Positions 52,856 through 64,000 of a DNA stretch of 64,000 nucleotides are shown here, in pieces (within the stretch, counting starts at the first letter, position 1; the number at the start of each line of letters is the position of its first letter). The stretch is from positions 3,033,214 through 3,097,213 of the forward strand of contig OW818678.1 of NCBI GenBank assembly GCA_942493115.1, read 5' to 3'. This stretch comes from an uncultured Gammaproteobacteria bacterium (lineage in GTDB: Bacteria; Pseudomonadota; Gammaproteobacteria; Enterobacterales; Alteromonadaceae). The notes under the pieces were generated by a model. It saw only the letters and a program-made list of their open reading frames with translations, ran no database searches and was not told the origin of the DNA. The position numbers and the translations under genes were made by a program.

Positions 52856-53374
52856 TTATTTCCGTTGCTGCAGAAAAGTTTGCAGCAATAACACCCGCTC
52901 TGATCTGTTAAACAGCTGGTACAGTTCCAGCCAGTCTAACGCTGTCATCCAGGGCAATTGATGGCGCCATTCAACTTGTTCTGGCCTGAACTGCCAACAC
53001 TGCTGCTGATGTTGTTTTACTCTGATGCCCGCCATTAAATCCACTTCAGTGCCATCCGTCGCGACAAAACGGGCAAAAGCTTCACTTTGGTATTCCGGGT
53101 GTGCTGGCACCGCAACGGGGGTCAGCACATGGCCTAGCGTAGCTGCTATCAAAGGGAAATCTTTTTGGCTACAGACTAAATCCAAATCCCGGGCTTGAGT
53201 TAATAAACCAAGTTCCAGCAGCAATAAACTGCCGCCAATACCAAATTGCAAACCGCTTAAAGCCGGAGTGAGTTGTCTGGCAAGCTGAAAAGGCACACTT
53301 TGCAGCAGAAGCTGAGGAGTTGCCGGCTCGCAGGTCAAAGGTTCGGTTGATGTAGAATGATTAGCTGTCGTCAT
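52856..53374 (-). CDS. Putative stand-alone nucleotidyltransferase (Pol beta superfamily)
   Basis: GIGGS-x13-DLD signature and a later EVDL strand carrying a third acidic residue. Confidence 0.55.
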   Translation of the reverse strand: MTTANHSTSTEPLTCEPATPQLLLQSVPFQLARQLTPALSGLQFGIGGSLLLLELGLLTQARDLDLVCSQKDFPLIAATLGHVLTPVAVPAHPEYQSEAFARFVATDGTEVDLMAGIRVKQHQQQCWQFRPEQVEWRHQLPWMTALDWLELYQLFNRSERVLLLQTFLQQRK

Positions 53375-53501
53375 TTTGCTTACCTGTTACATCCGGTTAT
53401 TTCCAACATCAGCACAAAGTACAGCCTGATCAATCACTTTTGCTGCTGTTGAAGTGTTGTGCTTTTGTTCAGCCTTTGTTTGAGAAGAAAGACGACAAAA
53501 C

Positions 53502-53527
53502 AAAAAACCGCCAGCAGGCGGTTTTTT
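53502..53527 (-). terminator. Intrinsic terminator after der
   Basis: AAAAAACCGCC-AGCA-GGCGGTTTTTT. Confidence 0.85.
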
Positions 53528-53543
53528 GTTCTCCAGCCGCCTG

Positions 53544-55022
53544 TTAACCAGGCTGACCAGGTTTCTTTTTATTCGCCAGATTTGCCCGCGCTTTTAAAAT
53601 ACGTTCACGTTTATATTGCTGGTTTGGCGTTAAGGTATTACGACGCTCGGCAAATGGGTTATCACCACCACGGAATTCCACCCGCACCGGTGTGCCCATC
53701 ATCTGCAACGACTTACGGAAGTAGTTCATCAGATAACGTTTGTACGAATCCGGTAAATCTTCGACCTGGTTACCGTGAATAACAATCAGCGGTGGGTTAT
53801 AACCACCGGCGTGGGCATATTTCAGCTTGACCCGACGGCCTTTCACCAATGGCGGCTGGTGATCTTCCTGCGCCATGGTCATTATTTTGGTCAAAAGCGC
53901 GGTGCTGACACGGCGGGTGGCAGAATCAAAAGCTTCTTCTACCGATTCAAACAAATTACCGACACCAGAGCCATGCAAAGCAGAAATAAAATGCAAACGG
54001 GCAAAGTCGATAAAACCTAAACGACGGTCAAGTTCACGTTTGACTTCATCTTTGATGCTATCGTTTAAGCCGTCCCATTTATTCACAGCAATAACCAGAG
54101 AACGACCGGCATTCAGCACAAAACCTAAAATGCTTAAATCCTGATCAGAAATACCCTGTTGTGCGTCCAGCACTAAAATCACCACGTTGGCATCTTCAAT
54201 GGCTTGCAGCGTTTTCACCACTGAGAACTTCTCAACAACGTCATCAATTTTGCCACGACGACGTACACCGGCAGTGTCAATCAGGGTGTATTTACGCTCG
54301 CCCCGCTCCATCGGAATATAAATAGAGTCGCGGGTGGTACCGGGCATATCATAAACAATCACCCGTTCTTCACCGAGAATACGGTTGGTTAAGGTAGATT
54401 TGCCCACATTAGGACGGCCAACAATAGCCAGTTTAATATGTTGATCCCGCGCCAGTTTTTCGGCTTCTTCATCGACAGGTTCCAGTTCTTCCCCTGCTTC
54501 AAAAGCCGCCAGACGGGCTGCTTGTTGTTCAGACAACAACGGCACTAAAGCCCGTTGCAGTAAGTTAGTGACACCACGGCCATGCGCAGCTGCTATCGGG
54601 TACACTTCACCAATACCAAGACTGTAGAAGTCGGCGATGGCGGTGTCGGCATCCAAACCATCGGTTTTATTGGCCACCAAAAACACGGTTTTATTGATTT
54701 TGCGAATGTGATTGGCAATAGCACTATCGGCACCATTCACACCGGTACGGGCATCGACCATAAACAGCACAATGTCGGCTTCGTCGATGGCGCGCAGTGA
54801 TTGTTCGGCCATTTCCAGCTCAATACCTTCTTCACTGCCGTCGATACCACCGGTATCCACCACAATAAATTCCAGGCCTTCGTAATCGACAGAGCCGTAT
54901 TTACGATCCCGCGTCAACCCCGGAAAATCCGCCACTAAAGCATCGCGGGTGCGGGTGAGACGGTTAAATAATGTAGATTTGCCGACATTAGGACGGCCAA
55001 CCAGGGCGACTACCGGTAACAT
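53544..55022 (-). CDS. der: Ribosome biogenesis GTPase Der (EngA)
   Basis: Two G domains (GRPNVGKS x2, DTGG/DTAG, NKTD/NKWD) and a KH-like C-terminus. Confidence 0.99.
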   Translation of the reverse strand: MLPVVALVGRPNVGKSTLFNRLTRTRDALVADFPGLTRDRKYGSVDYEGLEFIVVDTGGIDGSEEGIELEMAEQSLRAIDEADIVLFMVDARTGVNGADSAIANHIRKINKTVFLVANKTDGLDADTAIADFYSLGIGEVYPIAAAHGRGVTNLLQRALVPLLSEQQAARLAAFEAGEELEPVDEEAEKLARDQHIKLAIVGRPNVGKSTLTNRILGEERVIVYDMPGTTRDSIYIPMERGERKYTLIDTAGVRRRGKIDDVVEKFSVVKTLQAIEDANVVILVLDAQQGISDQDLSILGFVLNAGRSLVIAVNKWDGLNDSIKDEVKRELDRRLGFIDFARLHFISALHGSGVGNLFESVEEAFDSATRRVSTALLTKIMTMAQEDHQPPLVKGRRVKLKYAHAGGYNPPLIVIHGNQVEDLPDSYKRYLMNYFRKSLQMMGTPVRVEFRGGDNPFAERRNTLTPNQQYKRERILKARANLANKKKPGQPG

Positions 55023-55167
55023 GTAAATTCCTCAATACTCAGGGCTACCTGATACAGGTAGCTGGATTTTTACCCTTTGGGGTAAAGTGCAGCAGCATGC
55101 TGCCTGATACAGCTTTAGTGCTGCCATCAGTAAAACTACGGGTGTTTTATAACGGGTCTTTTACAAC

Positions 55168-55197
55168 AAAAAAACAGGCCTGCAAGCAGGCCTGTTT
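55168..55197 (-). terminator. Intrinsic terminator between bamB and der
   Basis: AAACAGGCCTGC-AA-GCAGGCCTGTTT with an A7 run giving a U-tail on the minus strand. Confidence 0.78.
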
Positions 55198-55219
55198 CTG
55201 CAAAACATATTTTTTGCGG

Positions 55220-56416
55220 TTATTCAGGCACATTCAGCAAGGTGATTTCACCATTGCGACTTTGCAACAATAAATGCTCGCTGGTGGTAACAGCTTCAGC
55301 ATAAAAGCCTGAACTGTCAAACTCATGCCGCGCCAGATATTCACCACTGCTTTTGTTAAACCAATGCAGGTTGCCTTCGTTGTCACCTACCACCAGATAA
55401 TTTTTATACACAGCAGGGGCAGTGACAAAATGTTTATGCAACGTCAGCTGAGCCCAGGTTTCCAAACCGGTGCGGGCATCCACTGCATACAATTTACCTA
55501 CAGAATCAACCAGATAAAGAACATTATCCTCTAAAACCATATCGCGGAAACTGGCATATTCACGCTTCCACAAAGTGCGGCCACTGCGTAATTCCATCGC
55601 CACCAGCTGACCGTTATAGGCAATGGCGTAAATTGTACCATTGTCCACTATAGGTGTCGCGTCCACATCGATGATACGGGCTAAATCAGTGGCGCCTTTG
55701 GCCACAGTAATAGGCTCTTCCCAGGCTGGTACCCCTTTGTCTGCAATCAGGGCGCCAACTTTACCGTTGCCACTGCCGTAAATGACACCGCCACTTTGTG
55801 CCGACACCTGGCTGATGCCACGCAAGGTTAAAATAGCGTTTTCGGTTTCGTGCATCCAGCGTTGTTCGCCAGTGTCAGGTTGCAACGCAAAAATACGGCC
55901 ACCACCGGTATTCACCAGCAATAAACCTTCACCTGCAACAGGTGCTGACAACACTTCACCTTTGATATTCACTGACCAGACTTTTTCGCCGGTTTGCGGG
56001 TTCAGCGCCAACACCTGACCGTCTTCAGTACCGACAAACACTTTGTCAAAACCAACGGCTACGCCACCACCAATTTTGGCAGAACGGCCGTTCCACCAGT
56101 GGCTGATACCACCAAATAACGGCGCATCGTCACCGTCGCGCAAATCAATAGACCAGAGCGTGTCGCCAGAGGCCAGATCAAAAGCTGATACCATGCCATC
56201 ACGGCTGGCGGCATACACTTTGTTATCAAAAATGGCAGGCTTTAACCGTGAATCGTAATGGTCAATACCATCACCCACTGCACTGCTCCAGACTTCTTCT
56301 GGTTCTACTTTGTTACTGATTTCCGGCAGGACTAACTCTTCTTCATCTTTAGAGGAACAGCCAGCCAACGCCAGCACCAACAATACTGGTGCCCAGGTTC
56401 TTACCGATAACTTCAC
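55220..56416 (-). CDS. bamB: Outer membrane protein assembly factor BamB
   Basis: Lipobox LAGC, PQQ-like beta-propeller repeats, RIIDVDATP, position yfgM-bamB-der. Confidence 0.95.
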   Translation of the reverse strand: MKLSVRTWAPVLLVLALAGCSSKDEEELVLPEISNKVEPEEVWSSAVGDGIDHYDSRLKPAIFDNKVYAASRDGMVSAFDLASGDTLWSIDLRDGDDAPLFGGISHWWNGRSAKIGGGVAVGFDKVFVGTEDGQVLALNPQTGEKVWSVNIKGEVLSAPVAGEGLLLVNTGGGRIFALQPDTGEQRWMHETENAILTLRGISQVSAQSGGVIYGSGNGKVGALIADKGVPAWEEPITVAKGATDLARIIDVDATPIVDNGTIYAIAYNGQLVAMELRSGRTLWKREYASFRDMVLEDNVLYLVDSVGKLYAVDARTGLETWAQLTLHKHFVTAPAVYKNYLVVGDNEGNLHWFNKSSGEYLARHEFDSSGFYAEAVTTSEHLLLQSRNGEITLLNVPE

Positions 56417-56425
56417 AGCAACCTC

Positions 56426-57064
56426 TTAACCGGCGACGTGGGCCAGTTCATTTAATTTAACTTGTAACAGCGGATTTTTACCCGCTTCAGAAGCAGTTAA
56501 CGCAGCCTGATAGGCCGCTTTGGCTTTGCTTTCGTCACCTGATTTCAGCAGCACATCACCTTTCAGTTCTTGCTGTTGTGCCACAAAACTTTCAGGCAAT
56601 TTTGCTTCCAGTGTTTTTAATGCGGCTTCGTAGTTGGCTTGTTCTAATTGCAGCCGTGCCTGACGCAAAGTTGCCAATGCAATCACCTCAGGTGCTTTAC
56701 TGCTGGCAATCACAAAGGCCAGTTGTTTTTCTGCTGCGGCGTAGTCTTTCAGAAAAGCAGCTTCTTTGGCGGCAAGCAAAGCAGCAAGTACGCTATAGCT
56801 ACTGCTCTTGTTGGCATCAATAAATTTTTGCGTTTCAACCAGCCAGGTCGCTTTATCAGCACCTTCAGCACTGACCTGCTCAACTAAGGCGGCATATTGG
56901 CCAGACTGAGCTTCAATTGCGCCTAGTTGTTGCGCCTGGTAATAACGAAAACCATACAGGCCAGCCAGACCAATAGCGATACCAGCCAGAATAGAGGTAC
57001 CGTTGTTTTTCCAGAAACGTTTAATCGCTTCAACCTGTTGTTCTTCGGTGTTGTAAATTTCCAT
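56426..57064 (-). CDS. yfgM: YfgM family SecYEG ancillary subunit (TPR)
   Basis: MEIYNTEEQQVEAIKRFWKNNG, ELKGDVL, AKAAYQAAL, LQVKLNEL. Confidence 0.92.
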   Translation of the reverse strand: MEIYNTEEQQVEAIKRFWKNNGTSILAGIAIGLAGLYGFRYYQAQQLGAIEAQSGQYAALVEQVSAEGADKATWLVETQKFIDANKSSSYSVLAALLAAKEAAFLKDYAAAEKQLAFVIASSKAPEVIALATLRQARLQLEQANYEAALKTLEAKLPESFVAQQQELKGDVLLKSGDESKAKAAYQAALTASEAGKNPLLQVKLNELAHVAG

Positions 57065-57067
57065 CCA

Positions 57068-58348
57068 TCACTCCGTTACGACTGCATTCAGCACTGTGGC
57101 CAGCTCAGTTATTGCGACTGTTTGTTGTGGTTTATCAGCTCTAAGCCATTTTAAGGTCACCTGACCTGTGGCCAGTTCTTCGTCACCCAATAACAAACCC
57201 ACAGCTGCACCGGACTTATCAGCCCGCTTTAATTGTTTTTTCAGGTTGCCGCCACCGCAGTGCATCACAATACGCTTGCCCGGTAAGGCGTTGCGAAGCT
57301 GTTCGGCAACTGAAACTGCGGCAAGTTCCGCCGCTTCGCCAAGTGGCATTAAATAAAGGTCTGCATTGTTACTGACAGCAGGCACTAAGTCCAGACTTTG
57401 CAGCAACAACACCAGCCGCTCCATGCCCATGGCAAAACCAACAGCAGGGGTGGCTTTACCGCCCAGTTGTTCTACCAGACCGTCATAACGGCCACCGGCG
57501 CAGACAGTACCTTGTGAACCTAAATTGGTGGTGACCCACTCGAACACTGTTCTGTTGTAATAATCAAGACCACGCACCAGCCGTGGATTAATCTCAAAAC
57601 TAATGCCAGCAGCTGTTAACCTTTGTTTTAAGCCTTCGAGGTGGGCCGCAGATTCTTCATCCAGATGATCAAGTAACTGTGGTGCTTTCGATAACATCTC
57701 TGCCATGGCCGGGTTTTTGCTATCCAGTACCCGCAGTGGATTGCTGTGCAAGCGGCGCTGGCTGTCTTCATCCAGCAGTTCCTGATGCTGTTCCAGATAA
57801 GCCACCAGCTTGTCGCGGTAAGCTGCACGGGCAGCATTGGAGCCCAGTGAGTTCAGCTCCAGCTTGACATAAGGCGCCAGCCCCAGCTGCTGCCATAAAC
57901 GGGCTGTCAGAATAATAACTTCAGCGTCAATATCCGGGCCCTGCATACCAAAGGCTTCCAGACCAAATTGATGGAACTGACGGTAACGGCCTTTTTGTGG
58001 TCTTTCGTGACGGAACATCGGGCCCATATACCACAATCTTTGTTCCTGATTGTAGAGCAGGCCATGCTGATTACCGGCGCGCACACAACAGGCTGTGCCT
58101 TCCGGGCGCAAAGTGAGGCTGTCGCCATTGCGATCTTCGAAGCTATACATTTCTTTTTCAACGATATCAGTGACTTCACCGATAGAACGTTTAAAAAGTT
58201 CAGTCATTTCGACTATAGGAAAACGAATTTCGTCATAACCGTAGCTGCTGACGGTACTTCTGATCATTTGTTCCAGATACTGCCAAACCGGCGTATCCTG
58301 CGGCAGGCAATCGTTCATGCCGCGAATCGCTTGAATATCTTTAGACAC
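57068..58348 (-). CDS. hisS: Histidine--tRNA ligase
   Basis: [57 protein letters not shown]. Confidence 0.99.
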   Translation of the reverse strand: MSKDIQAIRGMNDCLPQDTPVWQYLEQMIRSTVSSYGYDEIRFPIVEMTELFKRSIGEVTDIVEKEMYSFEDRNGDSLTLRPEGTACCVRAGNQHGLLYNQEQRLWYMGPMFRHERPQKGRYRQFHQFGLEAFGMQGPDIDAEVIILTARLWQQLGLAPYVKLELNSLGSNAARAAYRDKLVAYLEQHQELLDEDSQRRLHSNPLRVLDSKNPAMAEMLSKAPQLLDHLDEESAAHLEGLKQRLTAAGISFEINPRLVRGLDYYNRTVFEWVTTNLGSQGTVCAGGRYDGLVEQLGGKATPAVGFAMGMERLVLLLQSLDLVPAVSNNADLYLMPLGEAAELAAVSVAEQLRNALPGKRIVMHCGGGNLKKQLKRADKSGAAVGLLLGDEELATGQVTLKWLRADKPQQTVAITELATVLNAVVTE

Positions 58349-58416
58349 TTTAAACCCTGATTATGCGTGTGCTACCCACTGCTGAGGGCAACACTTTGTT
58401 CAAATTCAACAATCGT

Positions 58417-59529
58417 TTATTCAACAGCTTTGATATCAATCAGCTGCTTTTGCTGCGCCAGATAAGCGCGGATTTGTTGTTCCAGCTGCTCGGCCACACT
58501 GTCGTTATCGATGCGTAGTTTTTGTCTTTCACCTTTGAGGTAAAAACCACTTTTACGGTTGGCGCCAGCCACGCCTAAATCGGAAATGAGTGCTTCACCC
58601 GGGCCATTCACCACGCACCCTATCACAGAGACAGTCAGAGGGTCGATGATATCTTCCAAACGCTGCTCCAGCTCATTCATGGTTTTAATCACGTCAAATT
58701 CCTGCCGTGAACAACTTGGGCAAGCGATGAAGTTAATACCACGGGAGCGGATGCGCAGAGATTTTAAAATATCAAAAGCAACTTTCACTTCTTCAACAGG
58801 GTCAGCCGCCAGCGAAATACGTAAAGTGTCGCCAATACCTTCGGCCAATAACATGCCTAAACCTATGGCAGATTTGACGGCACCGGCACGGGCGCCACCT
58901 GCTTCGGTAATACCCAGATGCAAAGGTTGTTCAATTTGTTTGGCAAGCAAACGGTAAGCACCTACTGCTAAAAATACATCAGACGCTTTGACACTGACTT
59001 TAAAATTATCAAAATTCAGCCGGTCTAAAATCTCGACATGGCGCATCGCAGATTCCACCAGCGCTTCAGGCGTTGGCTCACCGTATTTTTCCTGAATATC
59101 AGCTTCCAGCGAACCGCCGTTGACACCAATACGGATAGGAATATTGTGGTCACGTGCTGATTCAACCACAGCACGGATGCGGTCTTCACGGCCGATATTA
59201 CCTGGGTTAATGCGCAGGCAATCGACCCCATATTCCGCCACTTTCAGCGCAATACGGTAATCAAAATGAATATCTGCCACCAGCGGAATAGGCGATTGTT
59301 GTTTAATCAGTTTAAAAGCTTCGGCCGCTTCCATAGTGGGCACTGACACCCGCACTAAATCAGCGCCTGCTTTGGCAATGGCCTGAATTTGTGCAACTGT
59401 TGCATCCACATCTGTGGTTCTGGTGTTGGTCATCGACTGCACCGCTATAGGTGCATCTCCGCCAATCAGCACATTGCCAACACGAATTTGTTTTGATTTG
59501 CGGCGGATAATAGGACTTTCTGCAAACAT
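58417..59529 (-). CDS. ispG: (E)-4-hydroxy-3-methylbut-2-enyl-diphosphate synthase
   Basis: [54 protein letters not shown] 59529 directly after the rodZ stop. Confidence 0.98.
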   Translation of the reverse strand: MFAESPIIRRKSKQIRVGNVLIGGDAPIAVQSMTNTRTTDVDATVAQIQAIAKAGADLVRVSVPTMEAAEAFKLIKQQSPIPLVADIHFDYRIALKVAEYGVDCLRINPGNIGREDRIRAVVESARDHNIPIRIGVNGGSLEADIQEKYGEPTPEALVESAMRHVEILDRLNFDNFKVSVKASDVFLAVGAYRLLAKQIEQPLHLGITEAGGARAGAVKSAIGLGMLLAEGIGDTLRISLAADPVEEVKVAFDILKSLRIRSRGINFIACPSCSRQEFDVIKTMNELEQRLEDIIDPLTVSVIGCVVNGPGEALISDLGVAGANRKSGFYLKGERQKLRIDNDSVAEQLEQQIRAYLAQQKQLIDIKAVE

Positions 59530-59530
59530 A

Positions 59531-60577
59531 TTAAGGCTGTCCACCTAAGGTTAAACGTGCGACCCGTCCGGCAGCATAACCAGACAAATCAACAGCAACA
59601 TCATTCAATTGCACTCTGGCCGCTGCTGCATTACCAAGCAGCACTTTAAAGGGCGCAGTGCCGGTTAATCGTTCAGACTGGCCAGCCTGGCGGGTGCCAT
59701 AAGCCAATCGTTTTCCTGTAGCGTCTGTCACTTCCAGCCAACATTCAGCACTAAATTGCAAAGTTAACAGCTGAGCATCAACAGCTGCGGCATCAGTGGC
59801 CGGCTGCTCTGTTGTCACAGGCGTGGTAATATTTGCTGCAGTGCTGTCCGTTGTGGCAGTGACTGGTGCTGCAGTGGCCGGGCTTGGCTGTTCCGGCAAA
59901 GGTGCAGCGGATTGTTGCAACGACTCTGGTTGCACCTGGTTAAGTTGTGGAGCTTCTGCCACTGGCGCTTGTTGAGTCTCAGCACTAAGCACAGCAGTTT
60001 CACCAGCCACACTGGTGTCGTCCGAATTCTGGCTCTGGGACTGTTCAGTAGCGGCGGCAACTGTATTTTCAGCTACGCCGGCCGGCTGCTGGTCGTTCTC
60101 TGCAGGCACCGCCTGTGGATCTGTCACTGTCACCACCGACATATCAGGCAAGGCAGTCACAGGCTCAGAATCAAGCAGATGGGTTTGCCAGAACCAAATC
60201 AAAAATAAACCAATTAACAGCACTATCAGCATATAACTGGCCAGCATAAATCTGTTATCAACGGCGTCCAGGCTGGCTTTGTTAGAAAAGCTGTGCATAG
60301 GTTTGGCCTGGTTTCGCAGGTAAGCGGCTTGCAATTCAAAATTGGCCAGAATTTCCTGTTCAGGCAGTTTCATCAATTTGGCATAAGCCCGCAAATAACC
60401 GCGGATAAAGGTAGCGGAAACGGCCGGATCCCATTGTTCTGCTTCAATCTGTTCAATCAGACTGACTTTCAGCCGCAACTGACTGGCAACTTCGGCAGTC
60501 GTCAGGCCGCGTTGCTCGCGGCTTTGTTTTAACAGGGCGCCGACTCCGCCGGCTTGTGATTGCGCTTGAGTACTCAT
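59531..60577 (-). CDS. rodZ: Cytoskeleton protein RodZ
   Basis: N-terminal HTH ([11 protein letters not shown]), single TM, low-complexity linker, C-terminal [11 protein letters not shown]...GNAAAARV domain. Confidence 0.9.
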   Translation of the reverse strand: MSTQAQSQAGGVGALLKQSREQRGLTTAEVASQLRLKVSLIEQIEAEQWDPAVSATFIRGYLRAYAKLMKLPEQEILANFELQAAYLRNQAKPMHSFSNKASLDAVDNRFMLASYMLIVLLIGLFLIWFWQTHLLDSEPVTALPDMSVVTVTDPQAVPAENDQQPAGVAENTVAAATEQSQSQNSDDTSVAGETAVLSAETQQAPVAEAPQLNQVQPESLQQSAAPLPEQPSPATAAPVTATTDSTAANITTPVTTEQPATDAAAVDAQLLTLQFSAECWLEVTDATGKRLAYGTRQAGQSERLTGTAPFKVLLGNAAAARVQLNDVAVDLSGYAAGRVARLTLGGQP

Positions 60578-62343
60578 AATGACGGTGTGGCAGGATCCCG
60601 AAGATTAATCGTTTGACCGATCGACAGTGGCTGATCCACCGTCATGTTGTTCCATTTTAATAAGGTATCAAGTTTGATGTTGTATTTATAAGAAATGCTA
60701 AACATCGACTCGCCATCTTTCACCTGATAGGTCGCTGGAATCTCTGCAACCTCAGTGTTGCCGGCATCCGGCGCTTTTACTGCGGCATCTGCGGTTAACT
60801 TCAGTATCTGACCGGTTTTTATCAGCGCAGCATTACTCAAATTATTGATGGCCTGTAACTCGGACACCGATAAACGGTAACGACTGGCAATACTATAAAG
60901 AGTTTCCCCGGCGGCTACCTGATGGCTGCTGACATCTTCTGCAGCTGTTTCAGTCACAGTACTGCCGGTTTCGGTGATTGTGCTATTTGTGTCAGTCGTG
61001 TCAGCTACAACCGCAGTGCTGCTGGTGTCGTTTGCCGGGGGGACGCTATGCGTTGTGTCATGCTGCATCGCTGTCGTAGTGCTTTCAACCACAGTGGTGA
61101 CAGTTTCTGCCGGCATAGGCTCAGGCGCCTGCAGCGCAGCCAGTTCTTCAGCAGCAACAGACGACGTCTGTTCCTGCGCTGCTTCAACGGGCTCTTCAAG
61201 ATTTGTAGTAGTTGCCGGCGGCACCGCTGTTATTTGGGCAGTATCCACTGCAACAGTTGCTGGTTGCTGTATTTCGGCGGCTTTGCTGAACTCTGCAGTT
61301 GTGTCGTCTGATAACACCTGGTCAGTTACAGCACTATCGACGGCCGGGCTGACTGAGGTCTGTGCTTCAGTTGCAACCATCTTCGCTTCATCAGCGGGCA
61401 AGGCTGCAGCCACCATAGGCGTGACGGCCGCTTTGGCAGTAGTGGCCGACTTGCGTTTGATAATTTTCATCTTAGGTTTATCAGCGCTGGCTACTGCCGG
61501 CGAGGTTGTGCCAGCCTCCTGCACTATCGAACTTTTATACGCCTTGCGCATTTGTTCAGGTTTACTCTGGCTAAAATCACTGGCCAGCAACATGGCAGCT
61601 TCTGAGCTGCCCGGGTATACCGACAACAGGAATTTTTCGGCGGTTTGTTGTTCTGCAACGTCACCACTGTAATAGGCCACTATATAACGCAACAAGGTGG
61701 CTTCAGCCGATACCTGTCCCAGCTGATGCAAGCGGTTTTGCCATCTTTTGGCTTCCGCCAGATTACCCATAGCGTATTCCATCACCGCCATATTGTATAA
61801 AGCTGAGCTGCGGTTGCTGTTGTGCTGCAGTGACTGTTTCAGGTACTGATGATATTTCACATAATCTTTTTGTTCGAGCGCACAAAAAGCGAGGTTTTCA
61901 TAACTGTCGGCCACCCGGATATAACCTGGTCTTTTAATTGCCGCCAATAATAATTCTTCAGCTTGCTGGTATTTCTGGTGCTGACATAAAAAAGCACCAA
62001 AATTGTTGTAAGTGTCGGCGTTATTGCTGTCTTTACGTAACGCGTCGCGATAGGACTCTTCTGCTTGTTTTAGCTCACCGACCTGCTCGTAATAATAAGC
62101 CAGTGCATTATCAACTTCGGCCAGATCCGGTGCCAGTTGTTTGGCTTTTTCCAGATTATATTTGGCCTGGGTATTATCACCACGCTGCAAATAGTTTAAA
62201 CCAAGCGACATCCGGGTGCGGGCGGCTTCTTTCATGTCCGTGCGGGGTTGCCCCGGCCTGTCATTGCCAACAATGGTAGATTCAGACACACAGCCGCTTA
62301 AAAGCAGCAGGAAAACACAACCAGCAACCGAAATTTTTCGCAT
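60574..62343 (-). CDS. pilF: Type IV pilus pilotin PilF/PilW (TPR lipoprotein) fused to two C-terminal LysM domains
   Basis: Lipobox LSGC, 'RMSLGLNYLQRG', 'NNFGAFLC', 'YENLAFCA' TPRs. Long A/T/E/P-rich linker. LysM motifs HQVAAGETLYSIASRY...GQILKL and YQVKDGESMFSISYKY...GQTINL. Position rlmN-pilF-rodZ. Confidence 0.85.
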   Translation of the reverse strand: MRKISVAGCVFLLLLSGCVSESTIVGNDRPGQPRTDMKEAARTRMSLGLNYLQRGDNTQAKYNLEKAKQLAPDLAEVDNALAYYYEQVGELKQAEESYRDALRKDSNNADTYNNFGAFLCQHQKYQQAEELLLAAIKRPGYIRVADSYENLAFCALEQKDYVKYHQYLKQSLQHNSNRSSALYNMAVMEYAMGNLAEAKRWQNRLHQLGQVSAEATLLRYIVAYYSGDVAEQQTAEKFLLSVYPGSSEAAMLLASDFSQSKPEQMRKAYKSSIVQEAGTTSPAVASADKPKMKIIKRKSATTAKAAVTPMVAAALPADEAKMVATEAQTSVSPAVDSAVTDQVLSDDTTAEFSKAAEIQQPATVAVDTAQITAVPPATTTNLEEPVEAAQEQTSSVAAEELAALQAPEPMPAETVTTVVESTTTAMQHDTTHSVPPANDTSSTAVVADTTDTNSTITETGSTVTETAAEDVSSHQVAAGETLYSIASRYRLSVSELQAINNLSNAALIKTGQILKLTADAAVKAPDAGNTEVAEIPATYQVKDGESMFSISYKYNIKLDTLLKWNNMTVDQPLSIGQTINLRDPATPSL

Positions 62344-62368
62344 CTTGGTGCACTAATCCTTGTTGTTA

Positions 62369-63493
62369 TCACACTATTTTTACGGAAATCGCCTCACCTT
62401 TCATCTGTTTTTTCTCCAGACGTTTAGTGCGGTCAATCACATCACCAACCAGCTGTCCACAAGCGGCATCGATATCATCACCTCTTGTTTTGCGCACCAT
62501 CACGGTAAAACCGTGTTCCTGCAGCACTTTATTAAAGCGGTCGATACGCGAATTGCTTGATCTTTTATATGGCGACCCCGGATAAGGGTTAAATGGAATC
62601 AGGTTAATTTTGGACGGCGTGTCTTTTAACGCTTTTGCCAGTTCATGTGCCTGTTCCATGCTGTCATTGATGCCTTCAAGCATCACATATTCAACCGTCA
62701 CTTTATCATTGGCTCTCGAATCTTGCACATATCGTTTTGCCGAGGCCAGAAATTCTTCCATCGGGTACTTTTTGTTGACCGGCACCAGCTGGTCGCGCAA
62801 CTCGTTATTGGGTGCATGTAACGAAATAGCCAGAGCCACATCAATTTTATCTTTTAATAAATCCAAAGCCGGCACCACACCAGAGGTACTTAAAGTAACG
62901 CGGCGTTTGGACAGACCAAAACCATAATCTTCCAGCATCAGCTCCATCGCCGGCACCACGTTGTTCAGATTCAGCAAAGGTTCGCCCATGCCCATCATCA
63001 CCACGTTGGTGACAGGTTTTACGTCGGTATCGCCATAAGAGCCGATGATTTGGCTCACCCGCCAGACCTGACCAATAATTTCTGACACACTCAGGTTACG
63101 GTTAAAACCTTGTTGTGCCGTTGAACAAAAAGAACAGTCCAGCGCACAACCGACCTGAGAAGACACACACAAAGTACGGCGGTCTTTTTCCGGGATCCAG
63201 ACAGTTTCGACTTCCTGACCACCTTTGAGGCCCATCACAAACTTAATGGTGCCATCGGCGCTGTCCTGGCGCGTAACCACTACCGGCGCTTCAATCACAC
63301 AACTGCGTTTTAGTTTCTCACGCAAGTCTTTGTTGATGTTAGTCATTTTGTCAAAATCATCAATACAGAAATGATAAATCCATTTCATCAGTTGATCAGC
63401 CCGGAACGGCTTTTCGCCCAGAGACACCAGAAACTCTTTCATCTGCTCGCGGGTTAAATCTAACAGATTGATTTTGTTTTCAACTGCGCTCAT
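62369..63493 (-). CDS. rlmN: Dual-specificity RNA methyltransferase RlmN
   Basis: [15 protein letters not shown] (radical SAM), MGMGEPL, STSG, SLHAPN, EYVML, NLIPFNP, AACGQL. Confidence 0.98.
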   Translation of the reverse strand: MSAVENKINLLDLTREQMKEFLVSLGEKPFRADQLMKWIYHFCIDDFDKMTNINKDLREKLKRSCVIEAPVVVTRQDSADGTIKFVMGLKGGQEVETVWIPEKDRRTLCVSSQVGCALDCSFCSTAQQGFNRNLSVSEIIGQVWRVSQIIGSYGDTDVKPVTNVVMMGMGEPLLNLNNVVPAMELMLEDYGFGLSKRRVTLSTSGVVPALDLLKDKIDVALAISLHAPNNELRDQLVPVNKKYPMEEFLASAKRYVQDSRANDKVTVEYVMLEGINDSMEQAHELAKALKDTPSKINLIPFNPYPGSPYKRSSNSRIDRFNKVLQEHGFTVMVRKTRGDDIDAACGQLVGDVIDRTKRLEKKQMKGEAISVKIV

Positions 63494-63613
63494 TAATGGT
63501 CACTCCTGATGCAACTTAGCGGTCTTGCGGCTGGATTTTGTCTGTGCCATCAACGGGTTGAGACAGATAAAATACAACCGGGTTCAATCATTTAAAAACA
63601 GTACAACAAATAG

Positions 63614-63642
63614 ACAGAAAGGGGGCCAGGCCCCCTTTCTGT
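63614..63642 (-). terminator. Stem-loop downstream of ndk
   Basis: ACAGAAAGGGGG-CCAGG-CCCCCTTTCTGT. Confidence 0.7.
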
Positions 63643-63677
63643 TATTCAACCCAATCCCGGGCTGAATTCACTTTAAC

Positions 63678-64000
63678 TTAGCGAGTGCGTGCACACAGCT
63701 CAGCGTCAGTGAAGAAGAAAGCGATTTCACGGGCAGCTGAAGCAGCAGCGTCAGAACCGTGTACCGCGTTTTCGTCGATGCTGGCAGCATAGTCAGCACG
63801 CAGAGTGCCGGCAGCAGCGTCTTTCGGGTTCGTTGCACCCATGATTTCACGGTTTTTACGCACAGCGTCTTCACCTTCTAACACCTGAACCATGACTGGG
63901 CCAGACGTCATGAAAGATACTAAAGCGTTGAAAAATGGACGCTCTTTGTGTTCGCCGTAGAAACCTTCAGCCTGTTCGCGGCTCAGGTGTAACATTTTAG
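63678..64000 (-). CDS. ndk: Nucleoside diphosphate kinase, 5' truncated by the window edge
   Basis: [38 protein letters not shown]. The frame stays open to the window edge. Confidence 0.97.
   Translation of the reverse strand, partial: KMLHLSREQAEGFYGEHKERPFFNALVSFMTSGPVMVQVLEGEDAVRKNREIMGATNPKDAAAGTLRADYAASIDENAVHGSDAAASAAREIAFFFTDAELCARTR

Overview
Core chromosomal region of a gammaproteobacterium. Gene order and the Gln/Ala-rich proteins suggest Rheinheimera/Alishewanella (inference, no search run). Most genes lie on the minus strand. Housekeeping blocks: tyrS, M23 peptidase, anmK; nadE-glnB-pqiABC; murJ, ribF-ileS-lspA-fkpB-ispH; rpsT, hlyU; smrA; an OlsF-like acyltransferase; a GluP-type transporter, ompW; purL, mltF, tadA; guaBA, xseA; ndk-rlmN-pilF-rodZ-ispG-hisS-yfgM-bamB-der. 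The accessory part (about 10.1-22.8 kb) holds two tandem type IV minor-pilin/PilY1 gene sets plus a FimS/AlgR-like two-component pair. Between the regulator and the first pilin gene lie two AlgR-type boxes repeated at 20 bp spacing. The full-length pilY1 has a Shine-Dalgarno-led ATG one base out of frame. Other signals missing from the ORF track: a 151-bp ERIC-like hairpin element between guaB and guaA with paired insertions in both arms; a 55-aa very basic ORF with its own sigma70 promoter; a sigma54 promoter before an orphan PspB-like gene; a 36-aa hydrophobic ORF; FNR-like boxes before ompW. PilF is fused to two LysM domains. I saw no rRNA, tRNA, CRISPR array, transposase or prophage. All family calls come from motif recognition, not database searches.
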